DNA of 63,343 nucleotides, filler included, from Octopus bimaculoides (Eukaryota): NCBI RefSeq assembly GCF_001194135.2. It is 6 parts of 5 records of this genome, joined end to end, with 100 filler letters (N's around TTAATTAATTAA, not from the genome) between each part and the next. Parts side by side here need not be neighbours in the genome. Positions count along the whole stretch, not along the records: positions 38,739 to 56,470 come from NC_068995.1; positions 56,571 to 61,455 come from NC_068995.1; positions 61,556 to 63,343 come from NC_069000.1; 3 more parts are not named here. The stretch is one strand, 5' to 3'. Positions 54,456 to 63,343 of this stretch are shown here, in pieces; position 1 is the first letter of the stretch, and each line of letters begins with the position of its first letter. A program made the translations under genes and the position numbers. The notes below the pieces were generated by a model that ran no database searches, was not told where the DNA came from, and worked only from the letters and a program-made list of their open reading frames with translations.

Positions 54456-54536
54456 TAGGTGCAGAAGTGGCTGTGTGGTAAGAAGCTTGCTTCCCAACCA
54501 CATGGCTCTGGATTCAGTCCCACTGTGTGGCACCTT
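54456..54536 (+). mobile_element. SINE family C head, cut by a gap
   Basis: gtggctgtgtggtaagaagcttgcttcccaaccacatggctctggattcagtcccactgtgtggcacctt. Confidence 0.8.
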
Positions 54537-54713
54537 NNNNNNNNNNNNNNNNNNNNNNNNNNNNNNNNNNNNNNNNNNNNNNNNNNNNNNNNNNNNNNNN
54601 NNNNNNNNNNNNNNNNNNNNNNNNNNNNNNNNNNNNNNNNNNNNNNNNNNNNNNNNNNNNNNNNNNNNNNNNNNNNNNNNNNNNNNNNNNNNNNNNNNNN
54701 NNNNNNNNNNNNN

Positions 54714-54753
<40 letters not shown>

Positions 54754-55306
54754 TACTGTTTCATAATGGTAAGATCAACAAAAAAGTGCTCCATCTGGTG
54801 ACAGATAAATAATATTTAGTGTGCGTGCGTGTGTGTGTGTGCGTGCCAAATGTTTACAATACTAACAATTAATAAACGATTGGAGATAACAGCAAATTTC
54901 TTATTTGTTTACTAATATTTGTATATTTTTCTAATTATTAATTAGTCTAAATGACACATAGGTAAAACAAAAAGCATTAAACAATGTCAGTTAGATAGTA
55001 ATAATGAAATTAAATCAATTTCATAGAATGGTAGAGTGAAGAATGATAATTGGGATGCTAGAACAGGTGTGATGGTGATGGAAGTGATGGCTCAGAGACT
55101 TGGACAAAGCAAAGGAAGTAAGTTCAGCAATTCAATGACAGACTAATTAGGTGGAACCAAACTAGTCAACCGTTAATCACAAATTAATTTTTGGTGGCAG
55201 TTTTAACTAAAAGTTGAAAATACACAGAGGCAAAAATGAGATAAAAAGAGCATTAAACATAACACACACATGCACACATACTTATACAAATGTGTGTATG
55301 TGTGTG

Positions 55307-55337
<31 letters not shown>

Positions 55338-55378
55338 GTGTGCGCGCGCGCGCGTAAACAGACACACAAAAACAAATA

Positions 55379-55477
55379 TACAAGGGGTACCCAAAAGTAA
55401 CCGGAAATGTTCTCTGTAGGAGAAGCCGGTTGTAGTTTCAGCTTCTGCTGCTAGAAGCCACTTGATGCGACCCTCAG
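55379..55477. mobile_element. Mariner-like terminus running into a gap
   Basis: TA-caaggggtacccaaaagtaaccggaa resembles the TA-cgaRggg...ccaaaagt ends seen at 33501. Confidence 0.5.
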
Positions 55478-56126
55478 NNNNNNNNNNNNNNNNNNNNNNN
55501 NNNNNNNNNNNNNNNNNNNNNNNNNNNNNNNNNNNNNNNNNNNNNNNNNNNNNNNNNNNNNNNNNNNNNNNNNNNNNNNNNNNNNNNNNNNNNNNNNNNN
55601 NNNNNNNNNNNNNNNNNNNNNNNNNNNNNNNNNNNNNNNNNNNNNNNNNNNNNNNNNNNNNNNNNNNNNNNNNNNNNNNNNNNNNNNNNNNNNNNNNNNN
55701 NNNNNNNNNNNNNNNNNNNNNNNNNNNNNNNNNNNNNNNNNNNNNNNNNNNNNNNNNNNNNNNNNNNNNNNNNNNNNNNNNNNNNNNNNNNNNNNNNNNN
55801 NNNNNNNNNNNNNNNNNNNNNNNNNNNNNNNNNNNNNNNNNNNNNNNNNNNNNNNNNNNNNNNNNNNNNNNNNNNNNNNNNNNNNNNNNNNNNNNNNNNN
55901 NNNNNNNNNNNNNNNNNNNNNNNNNNNNNNNTACACAAATTTCTATGTCGCTGGCATGAAAATTGTTAAGAGATCCATTTTTACATGAAACCATTGATAG
56001 CAGTTTAATCCACAAATAATGCATGCGTGTGTGCGTGTGTTTGTGTGTGTGTGTACTTTTTTTTCTTCTGTAGTTTCAGCTCATAGCTGCGGCCATGCTG
56101 ATGCACCGCCTTTTAAAATAATGCTG

Positions 56127-56198
56127 GGGCTCATCCGAGATTCGAACCTGAGACCTCTCACACCCAAAGTGAGAATCATACCTCTAGGCCAATGAGCC
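56127..56198 (-). tRNA. tRNA-Pro-TGG: tRNA-Pro(TGG) gene or pseudogene
   Basis: GGCTCATTGGCCTAGAGGTATGATTCTCAC-TTTGGGT-GTGAGAGGTCTCAGGTTCGAATCTCGGATGAGCCC, 72 nt. Close to canonical metazoan tRNA-Pro; acceptor and anticodon stems pair fully; T-stem has an A-C mismatch; TTTT follows about 9 nt downstream. Confidence 0.8.
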
Positions 56199-56287
56199 AC
56201 AAGCTCGTTGATCTTATTTTTGTGTATTTGCCAATAGACTGCAATTGTATGACATGGTGGTGACTACTGTCTCAAAGTGCTGCGTGT

Positions 56288-56338
<51 letters not shown>

Positions 56339-56869
56339 TTTATTACCATAGGTACCAGGCCTCACATTTCATATTGGAAGTTAGGTGGTTATAGTCAATG
56401 CCGATTATCCTCGCTTCCTTTATTTTTATTTTCCTCAGAAATACAGATTTAAAAACCACAAAGTTGACATNNNNNNNNNNNNNNNNNNNNNNNNNNNNNN
56501 NNNNNNNNNNNNNNTTAATTAATTAANNNNNNNNNNNNNNNNNNNNNNNNNNNNNNNNNNNNNNNNNNNNGTGTGTGTGTGTGTGTTTGTGTGTGTGTAT
56601 CTATATATACATTTGTATGTATGTATGTATGTATGTATGTGTGCATGTATGTATCCATGTATTTGTGTTTGTGTGAATATAAGTATTCTTGCATGTAAGT
56701 ATGAATGTGTGTGTTCAACCATGCATGTGTACATGTGTATATGTGTGTGAGTGTATGTATATATGCATGCTTGTATGTATCTGTGTATGTATATATGTGC
56801 ATACGTATGCATATATGTAAAGTCTTTATATATATATATATATATATACTTAAATCTACTACAACCAAA

Positions 56870-58430
56870 AGACCTTAAACTAAGACTCATTATAGCTGGT
56901 CCTTTATAACTCCATGACATTATCCTAAAACCACTATGTAGTCACATACCCAGTTTCGTTCCATATGATGTCGATTTCCTTTTATATCTACTCAAAACAA
57001 GAGAATCCCATTCACTGTTAGTTTTGATGTAACAAACTTATACACAAACATTCCTTATGATTTAGGACTTACTGCCATAAAATATTGGGTCGGAAAACAT
57101 AGAGAAGCGATCCCCAGTAAATTTACTGTAACCTTCATACTAGACACAGTCAGCCTCAGCCTCAAAAACAATTCATTCCTTTTCAATGGAAAGAATTACC
57201 TCCAAATTCGAGGCACAGCTATCGGGACAGTTTGCTTCAGTTTCCACGAAATCAATATTGGAATACTTGGAACAAAACCTACATTTAAAAATTGAAGAGA
57301 ACTACGGCATGACCTTTAAAAGACATACAGAGGACACATTGAAAAGATAACTCGATGACTGTTTCCTAATTTGGACCAAATCCCTAGAAAATCTGGAAGA
57401 ATGCAGCACCCTCCTCAATAATCTAGTCTCAAATTCACAAGAGAAATGAGCAACACATAATTACCATTTCTTGACATAATGGTAATTTAAGACAGCACCA
57501 CAATCACAACTGATATTTATTACAAAAGCACAGATACACACCAGTACCTAAATTTCAAATCATGCCACCCAACACACACAAAATACAACACCCCGTACTG
57601 TCTAGCCAAGAAATTTGTACTATAGTCGATGATCCAAATACCAGAAACACATGACTTATAGAACTCAAAGGATTTCTGCTGAAGAAAAATTACTCTCTCC
57701 TACTTATAGAAAGTAGCATATAACGAACAAAAGACATGCCTATAGAACAACTGAGAGCAACACGAGAAAGAGGAAGCCATCAAAGAAACGCAATAACATT
57801 TCTAGTAACATGCAATCCGCATCACCAAAACATTTTTAACATCATCAAAACAAATGTGCCAATCATAGCACAAAGTGAAAAATTAATAAAACATAACTAA
57901 TCAAACACTTATCTTAAGCAAAAGGCAACCACATAACCTAAAGAAACTATTAACAATGGCAAAATTCAACATGAGCAAACAGGATAAAATATTTACACTA
58001 TCCAAGTGTAATGATAACAGATGTGGAATGTGTCAATACATGCATACTGGTAGATCCATTAGAACAAAAAATGAACAGATTTTCGCTGAATGCGATATGA
58101 ACTGTAAAGCAGAAATTTGATCTACTGCATTAAATGCCCGAATTGCGAGGAATTATATATAGGCGAGACAGGGAAAGTATTATTGGAACGCTCATGAGTC
58201 CACAAACAACAAACCCGGAACACTAACGTTCGCAAAATTCCATTGAGCAAACATAGAGAGACATATGGTCAGAAAACGTTTCTAATTTTTCCTTTCCACA
58301 AACTACATGACACAAGTGAGGTTGGGGTTAGGGTTATGTTTGGAAGAAAGATAAAAGACAAACGGTTTATGAAAATGTTCAAACCTCTTCTGAACGGAAA
58401 TAACAGCAATAATATAACAAATAGTTAATG
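56870..58430 (+). mobile_element. Penelope-like element: frameshifted RT, thumb and GIY-YIG endonuclease
   Basis: Pieces LRLIIAGP, LLVLM/FDVTNLYTNIPYDLGL, LQIRGTAIG, LDDCFLIWT, TDIYYKSTDTHQYLNFKSCHP, CNDNRCGMC, IYCIKCPNCEELYIGETG. Confidence 0.9.
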
Positions 58431-59170
58431 CAATTCACTCTGCCAGAAATTTGGAAACGACATGCTGTACTGCTTGGTATTCGAGCCGGAAGCTCCAATA
58501 CGAACATTTGAGAGTGTTTGGGTGTCAATCTGAGGACAATGCAATCTGAAGACATGTACTGAGAGTGATAAAAATCAAACATCCAGTCAACGTCATGATG
58601 TTTGAAGCGATCACTACTTATGGCGCCGTTATGGCTCCATTCATCTTCCCACACGGCCTCACACTCAACATGGAGGCCTACATTAAGTGCCTGGAAGAGG
58701 TAGTGCTGCCCTGGGTCAAGAGGGTGGCTGCTAGAAGACCTTATGTCTGGCAACAGGACTCTGCACCATGTCACACAAGCAGGAGAACGCAGTCATGGCT
58801 GTCAGACAATTTCTGCGACCATACTACCCCTAACATCTGATAACCTAACTCCCCAGACTGTAACCCCCTTGATTATTATGTGTGGATCGCAGTTGAGCGA
58901 GAGACCAACAAAATTCCTTGTAAGATGAAGGCAAGGATTATGTCAGCATTCACCAACTTAAACAAGGAGACCATCCAAAAGAGTTGCAGGAGTTTTCGAA
59001 GTCGTATGGAGGCCGTGGTTGAAGTCAATGGCGATTTTATTGAATAAATTTACTCTTTAGTATTTCGAGATATTTTAATGTAAGTTTGGTAAATATATGT
59101 TAAAATGAGATGTCAGTGTTATTTTCATTTTTGCGTACTTTAGACGACAATATATTCACCGCACCCTGTA
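58431..59170 (+). mobile_element. Defective DD37D (maT-type) Tc1/mariner transposon with 3' end
   Basis: VWQQDSAPCH...PNI*xPNSPDCNPLDYYVW with 37 residues between the last two Asp; ends ...caccgcaccctg-TA; N-terminal HTH part joined directly to the catalytic part. Confidence 0.85.
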
Positions 59171-59829
59171 TATTATATATATATATATATNNNNNNNNNN
59201 NNNNNNNNNNNNNNNNNNNNNNNNNNNNNNNNNNNNNNNNNNNNNNNNNNNNNNNNNNNNNNNNNNNNNNNNNNNNNNNNNNNNNNNGAGAAGGAGGAGG
59301 AGAAATGCATACATGTATATATGTATGTATATTCATATACATGTATATGAATGTATGTATGCGTACATGTCGTTGTGTATATAAGTGTATGCATATGTTT
59401 GCACAGATGTATGTACACATGTGTAAATGCTTCTATGTAATTTATTATGTATGTATTTCTTCCTAAAGCTGCATTCAACTATATGTACGTATGTGCATCT
59501 ACGTGCACATACATACACTGCATACATGCACGTGATTGTCATTGCGTGTAGAAACATGTCCAAGTCTGCATGTGTGTATGTATATGTGTGTGTATGTGTG
59601 TGTGCGTGTTTGTTTTTGTGTGTATGGATGACAGGAATATGCGTGAGTGCCTCTGTGTGTGTGTTTGGATGGTCACATGTTCAAGTTTACGTACTCATTG
59701 AATTTCATACATATGCACCACTTGTATGTTTATTTATGATGTACGCATAAACACACACACACACACACACTCACACGCACTCACTCACACGCACTCACAC
59801 ACACACACACATACGCATACACATATTAC

Positions 59830-60012
59830 AAGTGCTGTTTCCACCGGCAGCAGCCAACCAAAGTAAGAACCAAAGCAACAAAGCGTCAAGAGAGAAGAAA
59901 CGTATTTAGTAGCAGTTACTACGTGTGATTCATCGTTGAAGATTTCATTATCAACGTTGGAAACTGGATGTTGGCCAATGAAATCTACCACATTTTCAAT
60001 ACAACGTTGCAT
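59830..60012 (-). CDS. Candidate first coding exon of an unidentified gene (61 codons)
   Basis: aaaat-ATG after an in-frame stop; MQRCIENVVDFIGQHPVSNVDNEIFNDESHVVTATKYVSSLLTLCCFGSYFGWLLPVETAL; phase-0 donor CTT|GTAATA followed by microsatellite; no family recognised. Confidence 0.3.
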
Positions 60013-60696
60013 ATTTTAAACTAAACAATTATCATCATCTTTGAAGCTTTCTCTTTCTTCCAACATGTTTCTCTACATTTTTTGTCATTTACTTTTTATT
60101 TTATCTATTTATTTTTTCTGGTGCTGTTGGTTTTGGTGTTCTTATGTTTTGGTGTTGATCCACTTTTGGTTTCTTAGCCTCTTTTTAAGTTTCTCTTTTT
60201 AAGTTTCTCTGGGAGTCATAGTGGAGTCTATGTTAGTTGGTGATGTGTTTAATTGACCTGGATGTGATTTGAGGGTGATTTAGCTGCTAATTCTACCCTC
60301 TGAAGCAACCACCCAGAGTCTCCAATTCGTTTGAATAGTAGTTATGGTTGTAATAATGGTGGTGGTGTTATTATTTCTTATTTTACTTCTTTTTCTGTAA
60401 GCTATGTCTTTCGATTTCTTGTTGCTTTCTTCCTATTTTTGTTTGTTTTCCTTTCATCACTTTCTCAAAGCTACCGTATCTTTGATATATATATATATGT
60501 GTATGTGTATTTGTGTGTGTGTGTATTTGTGTGTGTGTGCGCGAGTGTGTGAAATTTTATAATTGATGATTATAATAGAGGGTACACAAAGTACCAGCTT
60601 GCTTGAAATAAGAGTTTAAATACTCAAACATACACTCAGCAATATCACGGCATCATTGTTTGTTGTTATTACTATTAATTATTTATATATTTACTG

Positions 60697-60752
<56 letters not shown>

Positions 60753-60756
<4 letters not shown>

Positions 60757-61365
60757 GCCCGGATGCAGTACCAGGCAGTGGCTCTCATGGCTTCTGATCT
60801 CAATTGGTTGGAAGTGTTATCATGTAAATTGTTTTGTCTTGGTATAAAAGATGGGCTACAGCAAATATTCTGCTTAATACCACAGATTTGCTTGTTAGTT
60901 GTTTGACCTTAAATCATTTGAGCATGTCCCTTGGTGGCTGATGATATGTGCATCTCTAATCACGAGCAGAAGTAGTGGAGGAGTATCATAGCCATGTGCT
61001 GAGAGGAATTCTTTGGGGTTTGAATAATTCACGTTTGGAAACATGGGTGTTTTGCTCAACATCCTTAAACAAACCTTATTCAGGGACCTTTTGAGCGGGA
61101 TGGGCTACTCGACCTGAAGAAAATTCTAACTGGGCCNNNNNNNNNNCGGGATGGGCTACTCGACCTGAAGAAAATTCTAACTGGGCCCCACCTGCGAGGT
61201 CATGCGCTGTTTATCTTGATATGAGATCACCATGTCGCGCACATATGGTTGTGATGCATGGGCCTGGTGTACCCTTATCAGACGAGTAGTCATGATGTGT
61301 ATAATGGGTTTCGTATATTTTACCCCGGTGTCACTTTGATGGCATGCACTGCTCTCTCACTCAAT
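60753..61365 (+). mobile_element. Element F, apparently full length (~610 bp), between (AAT)n arrays
   Basis: Begins aaatgcccggatgcagtacc, ends ctctctcactc; (AAT)n on both sides; two more copies in the window; no TIRs or ORF. Confidence 0.85.
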
Positions 61366-61389
61366 AATAATAATAATTATAATAACGAT

Positions 61390-61455
<66 letters not shown>

Positions 61456-61555
61456 NNNNNNNNNNNNNNNNNNNNNNNNNNNNNNNNNNNNNNNNNNNNT
61501 TAATTAATTAANNNNNNNNNNNNNNNNNNNNNNNNNNNNNNNNNNNNNNNNNNNN

Positions 61556-61897
61556 CGACCCCGAAAGGATGAAAGGCAAAGTCGACCTCGGCGGAATTTG
61601 AACTCAGAATGTAACGGCAGACGAAATACCGCGAAGCATTTCGCCCGGCGTGCTAACGTTTCTTATTTCTTTATTGCTCACAAGGGGCTAAACATAGAAG
61701 GGACAAACAAGGGCAGACAAACGGATTAAGTCGATTACATCGACCCCAATGCATAACTGGTACTTAATTTATCGATCCCGAAAGAATGAAAGGCAAAGTC
61801 GACCTTGGCGGAATTTGAACTTAGAATGTAACAGCAGACGAAATACCGCTAAGCATTTCACCCGGCGCGCTAACGTTTCTGCCAGCTCACCGCCTTC
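61556..61897 (-). mobile_element. Tandem pair of young SINE family A copies
   Basis: Two units with intact CpGs; junction gctaacgtttc|ttatttctttattg at ~61661. Confidence 0.9.
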
Positions 61898-61929
61898 AAA
61901 CGGGAGATGATATTAACATGAAATGTAAC

Positions 61930-62690
61930 CTCTCCTGCGCTCGTGGCTGCATCATGTCACATCTTGAAACTACACATTGCAAACGTAGAGAAGGAGATAG
62001 TTACAAAACACCCCATGAACAAATGGGGCATCGAAACCCTTAAATCCCTAGATGAAACCGGAAGAGTCAATTATGTTTCTTTTCTGTGGAACACATAACA
62101 CTTGTAATCAGCAGCTGTCGAAAAATATCATCGAGGTACTACCACCCACTGTGTCGTGTCGTGGTGTTGTTTCTAAAACAACATACAACGCCATCTACAG
62201 AAAAGCAAACGAAGGATAACTGTAAATAACACCGCTGCTATAGAATATATACATACACACATATCAGTATAAATAATATTGGTGGAACGTTCCCATCAAA
62301 ACTTCTACCAAGTGCAAACATAATAGATCCGACATAGTTATTTAGGACGGGAAAGAAACGTGACAGTCTTTCTGTGCTTCTCTTTTATTTGACCTCAAGC
62401 CCCATGTCATTTCTTCGACGAAAATCCCACTGGCTGTGTCTTCCGGTATGGATTAGAAAGAGACACTACGGTCAGAGAGATTAATTGTCCTGAAGATGTG
62501 AACATCTCTTCCAAAATCAGTGACAAGGAGAATATTTATGGAAAACTGCTTCGAGATCTGCTACTCCTTTGCTCTGCTTTTAAATTTACATTCGTATGAA
62601 TAGTCACTTTTGCACTTGGGTACGTTACTACATGCTTAAGCCACAATCTGGGAGAGCTAAAATTTTCAAGTGAATAAAGAAACCAGTTAA
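61930..62690 (+). mobile_element. R4/Dong-like (restriction-like endonuclease) non-LTR retroelement remnant
   Basis: ISSCRKISSRYYHPL (zinc-finger/RHD region), WWNVPIKTSTKCKHNRSDIVI (PD motif), and CPEDVNISSKISDKENIYGKLLRDL...FALGYV (KxxKY..L/GALG-like); ~100-bp interruption near 62370-62465. Confidence 0.7.
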
Positions 62691-62880
62691 CACGAACTTT
62701 AGATACAGTTTGTAAATGGATGAGTAAAAATATCCACGACTTTTTTGATGTTCAATATGTAACAATTACCGCTGTAGTTATCCAAATTCCAGCGATGGTA
62801 CTTTGGTTTTTCTTTTGATTTTGTGAGAAAATAACTCCTTCCTTCCAGAAAAAAAAATACTAATATGAAGATAAAGAATT

Positions 62881-63343
62881 CATTCATTCATTCATTCATA
62901 CATATACACATACATACATGCATAAATAATGTGTATATACAAAATACATACATACATGCATACACGCATGCATACACGCATGCATGCAGCCACACATACA
63001 AACACACACATACATACACATGCATACATACACATATACATACAAACACATACATGCATACATACATATACACATACACACATATATACATACACACATA
63101 CATACATGCATGCATACATACACAGATATACATACACATACATATATACACACTCACATACATAAACACATACATACATACATACACACACACATACATA
63201 AATGCACACACATACATTCATACATACACGTGCATACACATACATGCGTACATACAAACACACTTACATACATATATACATACACACATACATACATTCA
63301 TGCATACATACATACATATATACATACATACACACATACATAC
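62881..63343. repeat. Cryptic (CATA)n/(CA)n microsatellite
   Basis: Directly visible. Confidence 0.95.

Noticed and set aside
61098-61186. ~40-bp direct repeat inside element F
   Set aside because: Copies flank a 10-N gap and other F copies have it once: contig overlap artefact.

Overview
AT-rich, repeat-dense eukaryotic DNA, almost certainly intronic or intergenic. The SINE families and the (AT)n/(CA)n/(CATA)n/(AAT)n load point to an octopus (coleoid) genome; this is inference from recognised repeats, not a search. No complete gene can be supported, and most supplied ORFs are microsatellite or N-gap artefacts. Supported features: many tRNA-derived SINE copies of about five families; decayed LINE pieces (CR1/L2-like, RTE-like, R4/Dong-like); a frameshifted Penelope-like RT+GIY-YIG element; mariner and DD37D (maT) remnants; a hAT MITE with an 8-bp TSD; a Tc1/mariner MITE; a tRNA-Pro(TGG) locus; and five artificial 100-bp linkers. 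The most interesting signal is five minimal type-I hammerhead-ribozyme-like motifs in three unrelated small repeat families. These include a 226-nt tandem, retrozyme-like dimer (18.5-18.9 kb) and a head-to-head pair of tRNA-headed, hammerhead-tailed elements (47.7-48.3 kb). Also notable: a 211-bp, ~97% identical inverted repeat; an (AAT)n-flanked ~610-bp element; and a CpG-decayed domain (~40-54 kb) suggestive of gene-body methylation. Candidate exons are low confidence.
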